Shown here: piece by piece, positions 1 through 13,245 of the stretch
How positions within the stretch are numbered: position 1 is the stretch's first letter
Layout of the letters: each line of letters starts with the position of its first letter
Assembly: GCF_006345805.1 (NCBI RefSeq)
Contig: NC_042998.1
Span: 74,338,001-74,402,000, forward strand
Source: Octopus sinensis
Taxonomy: Eukaryota
DNA length: 64,000 nt
Reading direction: 5' to 3'
The notes under the pieces: generated by a model
Database searches by the model: none
What the model saw: the letters and a program-made list of their open reading frames with translations, nothing else
What the model was told of the DNA's origin: nothing
Position numbers and translations under genes: made by a program

Positions 1-29
1 AATCCCTGTTTATTGGTTTTGTTTTGCAG

Positions 30-81
30 ACAAACAACAAAGATAAAAGAAAGTAGTAATCAGTATGTTGGAAGAAGAAAG
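30..81 (+). CDS. CELF: Candidate upstream CELF exon containing a start codon (ATG 65; MLEEE-R), phase-2 end
   Basis: Acceptor ttggttttgttttgcag ends at 29; donor AAAG|GTAAGC at 82. ATG at 65 has an in-frame TAA at 44-46 upstream. Ends in AG (phase 2), which is completed by the first base A of the exon at 43829, giving [13 protein letters not shown]. Inferred from signals only. Confidence 0.5.
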
Positions 82-3000
82 GTAAGCGAATAGTCTTTAT
101 TCTGAGATATTTCCTTTACTTTAAGTGTAATAATGACTATTTTTAGACTGTGTGTGTGTGTGTAACAAGAATCAGACGTAGTGTTTTCCTGCTGTTGCAG
201 ACATTAAACAAATTAGCGATTAGAGTAGATGACATATAGTTTAGATTGCTTGTGAATAGTAGAGAAGACCACTATTTCATGCTCCCTTTATTCCCCTACC
301 TCTCATTTTATTTCTCTCTCCTCTTATTCATGCCTTCACATTCTCTGCCGGTTTAATCTATTCACACTGTGTCTTTTGTTGTCAATGTGCAGCTTTTAAT
401 GCAGTGTTAGTGTTGTTTGTAACATACTCAGTTTTTCTTAAAAGATTTCATTATATCATGTTTCTAACTTGCCTGATTGTCTCATCACATGTTGGTGACA
501 CAGAGACAACAACAAAAATTAGTATAACAGATAATTTTTCTTTAACGATTTTTAAGTAATGGTATTTCAAAATATTGTGACTGATAATTTGAAAGTTTGC
601 AAACAAAACCTGCAACAATTACTTTATTAGAAATGTCATTTTTCCCTGCTTAATCAGTGATAACATTAGGAATGTTCTCTGCAATTTTGATGGCCTAAAG
701 AGCTGAACATTGTTCTATATTTTTGAAAATAGAGTTCTTATTAAGTAAATTTTATATAGTTTGAAAATTCATTTAAAATTTTGTGATGTTTTTAAAATAG
801 AGCTTCTAATATATTCAACGTTGATCTTAATGGGAAATTTTCCTATATAACTTTCATTGAATTAATCTTGCAGCAAATTCATCTGGAAATGCTTCCACTC
901 CAGAAACAAATTTATGGTCTTAATGATTTTAGATGAATAGTTGAAGCAATAAAAATGTTAAGATTGGCAAATAACAGCTAGTTTTGGAGGAATATTGATA
1001 GTAGTAATAGTAATAATATAAACTGATAGTGACAGGCCATTAGCCTATTAAGAGTATTTTTATACACAGCAATAGTTTATATGATTCACCTTAATTCGCT
1101 AGTCAGAAATATTTCACTTGGTGATGAAGGAGAAGCATGAGTATCTTAACTGCTCATTATTATTTTTGTAAATGTGACTACTAATAAATTTATTTGTGTG
1201 TATGTATGTATGTATGTGTAAGGGAGAGAGGCATTTTTAGTGATACCTTTGATCTTTTTTTATTATTGTTTTTGTTAGAAAATTGTTCTTTTTGTTGGTA
1301 ATTTTTCCCTTTGGTATGTTTGATATGGTTCTGTTTCAGGAAGCAAGTGATTCTGATTACTTTAAGTTGCACTTTATTGTGTTAAGATATTTTTGTTTCT
1401 TAAATTTTTTTTTTATTGGGATGTGGGGAGTAGTATCGCTTGAATTTCACATTTGAGTGATTACCATTGTGGAAGAGCAACCATACATAAAATACTGTAG
1501 CTATCAGTTATGCTGTTATCTGAATCTTAGAATTTTTGCTAGCATGGTATGTTTTAAAATAGGTTTCTGTACAAAAAATGTATTGTCTTTGTATACCATA
1601 ATAAATTAATTAAATTTTGTTTGTTAAAATAAGGAAAATACTATTTCATCCACAAGTTTTTGTCTTCACAGATTGTTAGATCAAGAACTTACAAACCTTT
1701 AAATCTCTAGAACTATGATTTTTGTTAAATAAATGTGTTTATCTTCTGGCTTAGATTTTATTTCCTTTTATTAATATTCATGAACATTTTGTATGTTGTA
1801 TAAGATTATATATGTTTTGGTGATAAATGATCAGATTATCAGCAAAAAAGAAATTGTTACATTCCTTGTATGCAAACATGGAATATTTAACCAATTACTT
1901 ACACATTATCAATTGTGGTTCCTTTAAGTAAACTTCCTTTAATCAGTATGTTGCAGTTTTCTCTAACTTTGTTGGCCATCAGTCAACATTTGCACAATGG
2001 CTGGTTCCTTCCTTTCTTGCAGTCTTTATTTAAAATCGGAATCCCGATATTATTCAACTACTCTTTGATTAAAAATTGATAAGTGGTAGCCTTAACTGTA
2101 ATACATTGCCACAGTTACTTGAGTCATTGATCTCATTTCATCATCTAGTTCTTCTTCTAGATTGCTGACTTTAAAACTCCTTGCTAAAAATAAATTACCA
2201 TTTATTGATTTACTTTATTGAGGACTAATGCATTTCATAAGTATTTGTGCAGAAAAGTTTTCATGTCGACTTCTCTGTTGGAAAGTGTTTGTGTAATGAA
2301 AGAAGAATTCAGTTTTTATACAAAAACAGCAGGTTAATCCTTCATATTTTGTTATAAGGGCATTTAATTTAGGCTTTCTAGTGAAGCTTATAAAATAAAC
2401 AAACTAAAAGTTTGAACAATTCCAAGGGTCAGAAAATTCATTGCATTAACCCTCTGCCTAAAGTAATCCTTGTTGTCCTTGTAATTACATCTCCAGAGAT
2501 AGAGAATGCAAATTAGGTTTACTCTTGCATTTAATTAGAAGTCAACTTTGGCTGCAAATGAGTTGACAGATTTTGTTGCATAAGGTTTTGGGATGAAAAT
2601 GTTTAGGTTAGAATATAATTTTGTGAAAACTTGTTTTGTGTCTTCTGGATGTATGAACTATGAAATGGTCATCATCATCATCATTTAAATGGTATTTAAA
2701 TATTTTGGTTACTGATTTCTAAATATGTGCTCTGGATGAAACTTACAACCTCCTCTTTCTTTTTCACATAAGCTTTTCCTATCCTTGCTATTGTATTTGT
2801 GTCAAGCAAGAATTACTTAAAATAATATAAGCATGAAAGTGAGAATTAATGATAGAAGTAGGTGAATAAATGTCAACTTGTTGAAAGTTATCAGATCAGA
2901 GAAAGAACGCAAAGGATGAAGTATTATTTAATGGTTTCCTGGCTCAGACAGTTTGGAAACTATGAGAAATACCAGAGAAAGCTGTTTAATTCATACAAGG

Positions 3001-3568
3001 GGAACATTTTAAACAATTAAGTGCTCTACTATGATATGAGCTATACTGTTCTATGACTAAGCATGAAATTAGCTTCTTGTCAACCATTTCCAATTTTAAA
3101 ATGTTGTAAAATATAAGGTGCTACTACTATAGCAATATTTTGACAGTGTGTAGTAATTCTGCAACATTCACAGCTTCCTGTGAACCTCAATGTATTTCTT
3201 TTTGCATTTGTTTTCATGGTTCTGTTGTTGCACCCAGATATTTTATCTGTTTTCTGTTACAAAAGGGAGACATTTTACCAAATATTTGTTAATCTCGCTT
3301 CTCTGTGACCTATAAATGAAATGAGTTCAAAACCAAATCAGACACTGAATAAACATGATGGCATGAACATTAGTTTATTTTAATGCTTTTAGTTGTTAAC
3401 ATAGGAAAAGTTTCTGCTCTGGTTATGCTGGTTGTTTTCGGAGAGTCAAACAAGTGAAAATATTTTCCTAATAGTTACATTTAATGGTTGTATTTCGACA
3501 TTAAATTACTTAATGTGACATTTTACTCTGATTTCAATTATAAAGATTTAAATTATTTCAGTATCATG

Positions 3569-3890
3569 GAGATGATGACAAATGACCAAGACTGTTAGCG
3601 ATTTACTGTCCTTGAGGAGACACCTCAAGCTTAGTGAAATCATAGTTGTTGTCAGTGCTAGTGACATGTTAGGGGCATCTGTGCCGGTGACACATTAAAG
3701 GTGCCCATTGCTGGTAACATGTAAAAGGCACCTGGTAAACTCTGTAGAGTGGTTGATGTTTGGAAGAACATCCAGCCGTAGAAACCACGCCAAAACAGAC
3801 GAACCTGGTGCAGCCTTCCAACTCACCAGTTCTAGTCAAACCATCTAGCTCATGCCAGCATGGAAAATGGATGCTAAATGATGATGATGA
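3569..3890 (+). mobile_element. 5'-truncated RTE-clade LINE (ORF C-terminus plus 3' UTR)
   Basis: Translates EMMTNDQDC*RFTVLEETPQA*, like EMTSDRDLWKYAVREKTRQDK* at 37952. Followed by the shared ...catccagccgtagaaacc...catggaaaatggatgctaaatgatgatg tail. Confidence 0.75.
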
Positions 3891-4784
3891 GAGAGCTTCG
3901 TATCTGACCAAATATCGAGTTTACTGTTTTCTTAAGTTATTTAAATTTTTCATCTTTTTTCATATTCTTATCCATGAAAGGATTTCTTCAGAATGAACAC
4001 TCATTCTTATTCATTAGTCTTTCAGTATGTGGCTTATTGTCTTCCAGTAGAGTTATTACTTGCTACTAATAAGGTCATCAACCTTTTTAATCCTCCCAAA
4101 CATCTTACCCCAGCTGTTAATATACTTTTTTTATTTTTCATTCAGAGTATTTTTGAAAGATTAGCTATTGGTGGCATTATCCTTATTCTCTTCCTTTTTC
4201 TGGGACAAATTGTATTAATTTCTTTTGATTGAGCTAAGTGTTTGTTAAACCTGCTGCCAATTCATTAGTGTTCCTTGCAACAGATTATCCAATGTTGGCA
4301 GCACAGCTGTTCCAAAACTAACTGGCAATAAATCAAAGAAACCACAGCTATTGATTTCTATTTTTTCTTCTATCTTCAAATCTTATTCCTTAGTTGTGGC
4401 AAGGGAGTAAGAAAGCGATAGGCTATGTATATTTAGACTTCTTTCCACGACCATCTCGTATAATGTAGTAAAGATTTTATCTTTTTCTAAGTTGGTAAGG
4501 TGTGGCTTCAGGGGAATTTGGTTGTTATTTCTTGCATGTTGAATCACTGCATTGAGGTAAAAATCGAAGCATAAGTATCATTATTAATCAGATGAAAGAT
4601 TCTTTTTGGTACTGTTTTTGATTCTTTTTTTTTTCTTTTGGTCTTTAAGTGTAAAATAGTTATTTTTGTACCTACTATTTTCTGCTCCTATTAACTGCAA
4701 CACTTCTCTCAGGTGTTAACAAGAATTAAATGAATGCCCAAAAGAATTTGTCATTTATTTTAAGTGAGAAAGAGAATAATTGCA

Positions 4785-4870
4785 CAGGTATAGCTGTGTG
4801 GTTGAGAATACTGCTTCTTTTGCAAGTATGATTTTTAGTTCAGTCCCACTACACAGCACCTTGAGCAATT
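4785..4870 (+). mobile_element. Degenerate tRNA-derived SINE head
   Basis: tagctgtgtggttgagaa...ttcagtcccactacacagcaccttgagcaa matches the head of the full copy at 56091. Confidence 0.55.
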
Positions 4871-5845
4871 GACCAGTTCCCTGCAAATGCAATTTGGCAG
4901 GAAGAAGGGTGGAATCTTGGGACACTTTTTGAATGATTTAGTTGATCAGGCGGCTCTCAGTATGACTTTTAAATTTTGGTACTTAATTTTTTTGAATTGA
5001 CGAGTTATGAAATATTAAGAGCAATTTTTTTAAACATTGTCAGAGTACATTGGTACACACCATGGTTTTCCACACAGTTCTCATATACCAAATTTCATTC
5101 TCATGGTTTGAATTCAAAAGGTTTATTGAATTGATTTATAAAACTCTATATGTCCATTTCATTGGGCACATGCAGTGGTGCAAAAAAAAAATGTTGTAAC
5201 AAGGAACATGGTTTTTTATGTTATTTTACTTATGTCCAACGAGTCCTCATTACCCCCAAGAATATCATTTTTACTCCACCTGAGGTAACCCTGGTTTGCC
5301 AACCCCTGGTCTAAAGCTTTAGTAGAAAGAAGTTTGTCCAACATGCATGACTGACTGTGAAATCAACAACACAGCCCAGCCCTGCATGTATCTGTGTGTG
5401 TATATGCATGCATACTCAAACATATCAGCAAGAAAAGCTACTAAACCGGTAGATGACTTATGATTTGTTACACAAGTTGCACAAACATTCTGTACTTGGC
5501 ATCATAAATGCAGTAAAATAGTAATTAAACTACTGGTATCATGTTAGGTAATGTGTAACCAAAGAAACTGTTGTTCCTGAAATATTATATAAATAGAGGA
5601 TGGCTAGCTACGAGTAATTCCCTGTGTAATCTGGTGTAGTTTCATCTAACCACATAATGTCAGGTGGATTTTTCTGGTCCTTTCAATATACTTGAGTATA
5701 TCATTATATATACTTTGGGAATAATGAATGTGTTGATATTGAGATCAGAATAACATTGATTAGTGGTGGTCATGTCATGACTAAGTAGAGCATGTTAGTA
5801 AATTTCTTACTATTTCAGGAGAAACTAGATATTTGATGCGTAGAA

Positions 5846-5879
<34 letters not shown>

Positions 5880-6654
5880 CTCTTCTGACTCTTTCTCTCT
5901 GTAAGCAGAGTGGAAGCTTGGTTTTTATCACTTGTTATTTTTAGTAAATCGTTTTTAAACCTGATATATATATATTCAAAATTTACTGTTAAGCTATTCT
6001 GTATATTTCAAGTGTTGCTTTCATGATCAAATCATTTTGTTTTCTCTGTTTTTGCTCCTAGCACTAGTTATTTGTATATTATCATACTGTGAGCACCAAC
6101 TCATCACTTGTAAAAAACAACGAGATTACATTACCAGTTATTGCTAACTTTTGCTTGAAATCTAAGATAAAGCCAAACCCACCCACCCAGCATTTTGTAT
6201 GTCTTTATTATTAAACACTAGTCATTAAGAAGAGTTTTTACGACTGTTATAACACTTTTCTGAGCATTCTGATGATCATTTATGCATTCTTATACATACT
6301 CTTTCTTTTCACTTCAGAGTATTTTTGTAGAGTTAAAAAAGAATATTTTAATATATTTATTTATTTAGAGGCATGGTTTAAATTTTGGGGAAAAAAAAAG
6401 AAAAAAAGAAAGTTTTAATTTCTGCTTTTTGGTTATTGTGGAGTGTGAAGTACTGAATTAAAGTGAAGGCGTCACTTTAAATGTGTGTTTGTTATTGAGA
6501 TGCTAGTATTCCAATGAATGGCCTGTTGTGACAAGTAATAAAACAGTATTTAAAAAGATTCTTCAGAATAAGACAAGTTAATTATTTTACTGGAAAGAAG
6601 AACAAATCAATGAAACAATAGTATTTTCTGTGAAACAAAGTAGTTGATAGATTG

Positions 6655-6700
6655 TATTGACTTCCTTCACTTCCTCTGCAGCAACATAGAATGGGCGGGT
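6655..6700 (+). promoter_or_regulatory. Possible alternative promoter elements (GC box GGGCGG at 6693, two ETS-like ACTTCC)
   Basis: gacttccttcacttcctc and atgggcgggtgggagg lie just upstream of a trinucleotide-rich leader that ends at a strong donor at 7271. Confidence 0.3.
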
Positions 6701-7216
6701 GGGAGGTGTCTTAGAATTATCTTCTGAATTGAGGGGGAAAAAAGCAAAAGGGTAATATTCGGTGTGCACATACAGAGACATGTACACATTATTCATTTCT
6801 ATGCACAGCAGCAGCACTAGTAGTAGTAGTAGTAGTAAGCAGCAGCAGCAGCAACAGCAATTATTTTACTGTGTGGTATTTGTTGCTGACTTAGTCAAGT
6901 GTGGAACTACGTTAAAAATATACCCTCACCACTCTGCTTTTTTACCTTCAATTGGTGATTTAATGGCTGCTTCTACTGTATCTGAGTTAGATTTATGCTG
7001 CATACTCTCTTTCTCTCTCTTACACACACACACACATGTAGACAAGTGTGTGTTGGTGGAGGGGGAGGCAGTAGTTCCTTGTTTTATTCCTTCCTCTTCA
7101 ACTGCTACTACAATTTCAGGAAGCAGAGACAAGATTAGCCTTTTTTTGGTTTTGTTTTTTTTGTTTCTTGTCTTTAGTTTTCAAAACGGGTGTGAAAACA
7201 TATTGGCATAGGCTGC

Positions 7217-7270
7217 ATGCGTGTGTGTGTGTTGAATCTATTTTCTAATGTAATCCCAGACATCATCGAG
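7217..7270 (+). CDS. CELF: Candidate alternative first coding exon end (MRVCVLNLFSNVIPDIIE), phase 0
   Basis: ATG 7217 is open for exactly 18 codons to the donor CGAG|GTATGG at 7271. Phase 0 fits the acceptor cag|ATG at 17493. Confidence 0.4.
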
Positions 7271-7733
7271 GTATGGTGATACGCTACTTGACGATATTAT
7301 GCATGTGTAGTAGACACTGGATAGAATTGAGAATAAATAGACTCTCTTTCTTGCTTTGATAATTTTTAAATTTTATATATATATATATATATATAAACCC
7401 ATTTAATTGATATATACAGGCTTATAATACTTAGAATTCATTTGCTTTCCATGGTATCTCCACATTAGTTTGATGTGTATTTGAACAAGAACTATATCAA
7501 AGTACATGTTTTCTTTTGTCATAAACATGTACAGTTAGCAAGGACAGAGAGAGATGGTCCACTGTTGCACCATCACCACAAACACCATCAGTTATGCTAG
7601 TTGCTATGCATCCTTCACTTCCTTATCAACCATAACTGGTATATGAGGTGCCTTTTTTTCTGCCTTCTGTACTCCTCTGTGCCTTCATCACTGTATGACG
7701 TAATGTTGCTATACACAAATCTACCGTGTAATA

Positions 7734-7806
<73 letters not shown>

Positions 7807-8114
7807 CTTATTTATTAATAAATAAGATTCTATCTAATTGTAAATGTAACAGGATAAACTTTGAAAGAAACAGAGTTAACACAAATTTCTACACACACGT
7901 GTTTTTTTTCCTTTTCAATTTATATATTTCTCTAGAGAGATTGTGTGTTTGTATGATAAAATGTGTGTGTGCAATTATCTGTAGGTATGTATAATGAAAC
8001 ATTAACTGATAAATTACTCTACCCTAGCCAGCACAGAAAACGGATGTTAACTGATGATGATATATATATTATATTGTATGTGTGTACTATATATATATTA
8101 TATATTGTGCTTGC

Positions 8115-8145
<31 letters not shown>

Positions 8146-8419
8146 GTATCAGATACGCTATACAACAAATGTATTGACAGTAAATGAGAAGTTCTCCATG
8201 TCAGTATCATCACATATCTGACAAAAGACATCACACAGCCAAACATTGTCAATCTTTTCCTTGTTAAAATGTTCAGAAGATTGTATGAATACATTTATAC
8301 ATACACACACATGAATATATGCATGTTTTTGTGTTTCTGTGTATGAAAATGTTTGTGCATATACATATATATAAATATGTGTATATGTATAAGTATGTTT
8401 ATACTATACACACACACTT

Positions 8420-8777
8420 TTGTACCTCTATCTTCATTCTTTCTGATATTCACTCTGTATCTTCAGATTGTGGCTCTCCATCTCCCTCATTCCAGATGGG
8501 TAAGCCATGTATCTCCACTTCAGTGAGACTCAATTCCTTTGCCTATATATTTCCCTTCAATACAGAACTCAGTTGACAGGTCTTGCTTTGCATGGGCTTG
8601 ATAAACCTCTCTTATGCTGGTGCCACTAAAAAATCACTCACTATACTCTGTGAAGTGGTCAGCATTAGCGAGGGCTCCTGCTTTAAAAACCATGCCAAAG
8701 GAGATAGTTCTATGCAGTCCTATTGTTTATTGGCTCCTGCTGAACAGTCCAGCCTATGCCAGTACAGACATTATTTG

Positions 8778-8785
<8 letters not shown>
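8420..8785 (+). mobile_element. Degenerate RTE 3' UTR remnant
   Basis: CT-rich segment, then gctggtgccactaaaaaatcactcactatactctgtgaagtggtcagcattag...aaccatgccaaag, matching the other RTE tails. Confidence 0.55.
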
Positions 8786-8819
<34 letters not shown>

Positions 8820-8867
8820 TATGTGTATATATATACACACATATGTGTATATATATATATACACACA

Positions 8868-9272
8868 CGTGTATGGCTGTGTGGTAAGAAGCTTGCTTCC
8901 CAACCACATAGTTCCAGGTTCAGTCCCATTGCATGACACCTTAGGCGAGTGTCTTATATAGCCTCGGTCTGACCAAAGCCTTGTGAGTGGATTTGGTAGA
9001 TAGAAAACTGAAAGAAGCCCGTTTGTGTGTATATATGTGTGTGTGTGTGTGTGGTGTATGTATTTATATATTTGTGTCTGTGTTTGTCCCCCCACTATTG
9101 TTTGAAAAGCGATGTTGGTATGTTTACATCCTTGTAATTTAGCGGTTTGGCAAAAAAAAAAAAACAACAATGAAAGAAGTGCTAGGTTTACAAAGAATAA
9201 GTCTTGGGGTCGAGATCTTCGACTAAAATCCTTTAAGGTGGTGCTCCTGCATGGCTGAAACAAGTAAAAGAA
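8868..9272 (+). mobile_element. tRNA-derived SINE, full length
   Basis: A-box-like tggctgtgtgg, B-box-like ggttcagtccc, central ccttaggcgagtgtctt, ggaaactgaaagaagcc, and tail gaaacaagtaaaaga; collinear with 11805, 15248 and 56091. Confidence 0.85.
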
Positions 9273-9705
9273 TGTATATATGTATGTGTTTATGTAAGCA
9301 TACGTGTATTTGCCACTGCTCTCACCCATTGCTCCCTCATCCTCTGCGTCACTTCCACTGTTCTTACTGCATTCACCCTCTGGCCTATTTCCCATGATCC
9401 CATATCTCTTTCCTTCTGTGACTCAGATTCCTCCCCACCCTAGTCTTTTGCTTCCTTTCTACCCCACCGATCCTAACATGCCCTTGTGATGTAGGATAGT
9501 CCTAGACACCCTTACACAACTCACCCTAATACCTTTACACTCAATCTCCATTTTTTGTTCAATAACCCCTGCTACTATTTCCTTTCCTCACTACTGTACT
9601 TCCCCATCCCAATAAGTAATTCTATTACATATATAACATATATGTATATGTGTAAACATGTTTGTTTACACAAGCATATTGATATATATGTATTTTTTTT
9701 GTGTG

Positions 9706-9759
<54 letters not shown>

Positions 9760-9761
<2 letters not shown>

Positions 9762-10594
9762 GGGTGTGATGAATAAATTGTCACTCTTATATTTTTCGCA
9801 CATGTACACTGTTTCTTTTTAATTTTGTTGGCCACACAGTATAGTAGGATCAGTTGGGCATTGTCTGTGAAGAACACAGCACTCTGACGCAATTCACTCT
9901 GCCAGAAATTTGGAAACCACATGCTGTACTGCTTGGCATTTGTGCCGGAAGCTCCAATACGAACATTTCAAAGTGTTTGGGTGCGATTTGAAGGACATGT
10001 ACAAAGGATGATAAAAATCAAAACATCCAATCAACATATGGTGTTTGGAGAGATCACTAGTGATGGTGACATTATACCGCCATCTTCTTACACGGCCTCA
10101 CACTGAACTTGGAGGCCTACATGAAGTGCCTGGAGGAGGTAGTACTGCCCTGGGTCAAGGGAGTGGCTGCTGGAAGACCCTGTGTCTGGCAACAATTCCA
10201 CACATGCAGGAGAACCCAGTCATGGCTGTCAGACAATTTCTGCAACAATATCACCCCTAATATCTGGCCACCTAACTCCCAGGATTGCAACCCCCTTATG
10301 TGTGGAGCGCAGTTGAGCTAGAGACCAACAAAACTCCTTTTAACATCAAAGATAAACTGAAGGCAAGGATTATGGCAGCATTCACCAACTTAAACAATGA
10401 AATCATCCATGACAGTTACTGGAGATTCCAAAGTTGTCTGGAGGCCATGGTTGAAGTAAATGGCGATTTTATTGAATAAATTTACTCTTTAATATTTCCA
10501 GATATTTTTATGTAATTTTGGTAAATGTCAAAATGAGATGTCACTTATTTTCATTTTTGCGTAATTTAGACAAGAGTTTATTTACTTAACCCTG
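9760..10594 (+). mobile_element. Internally deleted Tc1/mariner-superfamily transposon (DD37D/maT-like), frameshifted transposase C-terminus
   Basis: Degenerate TIRs CAGGGTgtgatgaataaattgtc ... gacaagagtttatttacttaACCCTG followed by TA. Peptides VFGEITSDGD, YMKCLEEVVLPW, WPPNSQDCNPL (cf. WPPxSPDLNP) and VWSAVE...NGDFIE occur across three frames. Confidence 0.85.
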
Positions 10595-11125
10595 TATACA
10601 CTCACACGTATGTATATATAATTATATTTATGCACAGTGGATACAACATTTTGAATGGTTATGAAGTTTGTTTAGTAATCTCAAGGTCCTCTACCAGTGC
10701 ATGGTACTCTAGGTATTCTAGTATTGATTTTCCATCACCTGTTTCATATGTTTGAAATCGGGAAGATAAAAACTACGGAAGCTTGTCAAATAAATTGAAC
10801 TAGTAATTCAAAGGACTGCTTTCACCTTACCATTTACTAAATATGTTTGTTTATATATATATATCTTAGTGCTTGCTTTTTCCATAGGTATGAGTAAGTA
10901 TTTCATTTATGTCTTACGTATTTATCGCTGACGAGAAATTTCTTCCGAATTAACTCTGAAATTGGGATCAATACAGTAATAACGGAATTTTTTTTTAGAA
11001 ATTTCTGTCAGCTTGTTTCGAGACGCATGTTAATAGTGACAAATTATAATGGTTATTGACAATTTGTCTATTTTCGGCATATTTGGCATTAGAATTTTTT
11101 CTTTTGCCCTTGTTTTATAAGTTAT

Positions 11126-11168
11126 ATATTTCCACCTTCCATGGGGACAAAAATGAATGATGGCCCTA

Positions 11169-11206
<38 letters not shown>

Positions 11207-11252
11207 ACGTGGTGTCATCATTCATTTTTGTCCCCATGGAAGCTGGAAATAT
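11126..11252. repeat. 37-bp inverted repeat (36/37 identical) flanking a (TA)n tract
   Basis: 11126-11162 atatttccaccttccatggggacaaaaatgaatgatg is the reverse complement of 11216-11252, with one mismatch. Confidence 0.95.
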
Positions 11253-11372
11253 TACTTTGCTTGGAAACACATAATAGATGGCGAGGAGAACATCCATCTG
11301 CAGGGAATCTGTCTCAAAGTACGTTTGACCTCTGCAAGCATGGAAAAGTGAAGGTTAAACAATAATGATGAC
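11245..11372 (+). mobile_element. 3' fragment of an RTE-tailed repeat
   Basis: ggaaatattactttgcttggaaac...gcaagcatggaaaagtgaaggttaaacaataatgatga; related to fragments at 13860-13966 and 14200-14400. Confidence 0.6.
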
Positions 11373-11515
11373 TATATCAACAGATATTCAGGACAAAGTG
11401 CAAAGATAACCTGGAAAATATATTAAAATCCTCATAATATAACTTTAATATATTATTTGAATGCCAAAGAGACTTCTGATTTAGCCTGTACAATATGTGT
11501 ATGTGTAAATGTATC

Positions 11516-11567
<52 letters not shown>

Positions 11568-11804
11568 TATATACACACATACACACATGTGTATGTACGT
11601 ATTTTGGAATATTGACTCTTGAGGCACATCACATAATGTTATATTGGCATGCTATTTAAAGTTTCATGTGTTGTGTGCATCAGAAGTCAATGTTCCAAAA
11701 GAACTATTTCAAGTTCTCTTGAAAGTTTATAAAATTATCATGACATCAACAATACACACAAACACACACATTTAAAGCTGATAAGCCATGATAGACTGTA
11801 AAAA

Positions 11805-12213
11805 CGTAGTGGCTGTGTGGTAAGAAGCTTGCTTCCCAACTACATGATTCCAGGTTCAGTCCCACTGTGTGGCACCTTGGACGAGTGTCTTCTGCGATAG
11901 CCTCAGGCCGACCAAAGCCTTGTGAGTGTATTTGGTAGATGGAAACTGAAAGAAGCCTGTTGTATACATATGTATGACTTTGTGTCTGTGCTTGTCCCCC
12001 TGGCAACTGATGTTGCTGTATTTTAATCACTGTAACTTAGCAGTTCAGCAAATGTTATCAATAGAATAAGTATTAGGCTTACAAAGAATGTCCTGGGATT
12101 GATTTGTTTGACATAAACTCTTTAAGGCATACATAGATAAAACACAATCACACATACACAATGATTTGATTATCTAAACAGAGATATCCAATGACTGAAA
12201 CAAGTAAAAGAAT
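11805..12213 (+). mobile_element. tRNA-derived SINE carrying a foreign 64-bp insert near its 3' end
   Basis: Collinear with 56091-56464, except that after taaggc the consensus ggtgctccagcatggccgcagt is replaced by 12124-12187. Confidence 0.85.
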
Positions 12214-12289
12214 GCCATTTACATAGAGAGAAAAAAAAAAAAAACGATATAACAACACAAAAATGACAAAAAAGAAAGCAAAAATAAAG

Positions 12290-12560
12290 ATAACTAGTAC
12301 TCAGATTTTTATGTTCAATCATTTTGTTGCTTCAATGAATTTGAACATCTTATTTATGGGTTGTGGATCCTTGAAAATGAATTGCACTTCCAAATTTGAT
12401 AACCTTTTCAAGATTGGTTTTGTAATATATCTTCTCTTTGATGGTAATATCTGCATTGGAATAAATATCATAAAGTTTCTGGATAATTTCCACAAGAACA
12501 CAAAAGTAGATGCATACGCTCTGTTTGTGAGAGACTTTAGTTGAGAAGAGACTCGACTTA
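12290..12560 (-). mobile_element. Penelope-like element RT C-terminal/linker remnant
   Basis: Minus frame reads KSLTNRAYAS...ILPSKRRYITKPILKRLSNLEVQFIFKDPQPINKMFKF, resembling the PLE motifs SLxxRAxxICS and LPY...I.VVFKP. Confidence 0.45.
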
Positions 12561-12794
12561 TTCAAAGTCAGCGAAGTCTTCAAGCCTTGCTATATCTGAT
12601 AGATTTTTGTATGTTGATAGATCTGTCTGAAATAATGGAAGATTAAAGCTTGATAGCAGATCTCTTGAGTCTTGCCAATGTTTAAATTATTTCAATAAAA
12701 TTAATTATACTTTGCTGAATATGTGAAAGATTTGGAATGGAAGCTATAGGTATTATTTCTTTTTGAACTCCTCTTTCTAATTCATCTGCTTTCT

Positions 12795-13245
12795 TGTTCC
12801 CTTAAGCATTTAAACTGGCCATATCTGGTCAAAATGATCTACCTGTTTTATCTTCAAATTGGCCATATCCAACCTTTTACCCTATAATCTTATTCTGAAA
12901 ATAAACAATCACATTGAAATCTCAAAGCTACAAAATAAAGCATGATTAATTCAAAACAATCATCATCGTTGTTTAACATCTGCTTTCCATGCTGGCATAG
13001 GTTGGACGGTTTGATTGAGGACTGGCAAACCAGGAGGTTGCACCAAGCTCCAATCTGATCTGGCAAGATTTCTACAGCTGGGTGCCCTTCCTAATGCCAA
13101 CCACTCCGAGTGTGTAGTGAGTGCTTTTTATGTACCACCGGCACAAGGGCTAGTGAGCCAGCACACTGGCATTGACCACACTTGAACGGTGCTTTTTACG
13201 TGCCACATTACATTTGATAGAGTAATATGAATGCTAAAGGGTTAA
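12795..13245 (-). mobile_element. TTAA-flanked (piggyBac-type) MITE, interrupted by an RTE 3' end
   Basis: Same family as 28626 and 44352 (gcatttaaactggccatatc ... atgctaaagggTTAA); left TIR degenerate. Confidence 0.8.
12961..13206 (-). mobile_element. RTE LINE 3' end nested in MITE
   Basis: catcatcgttgtttaacatctgctttccatgc ... gggtgcccttcctaatgccaaccactcc ... gctttttacgtgccac is the reverse complement of the 37952-38522 tail. Confidence 0.85.
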
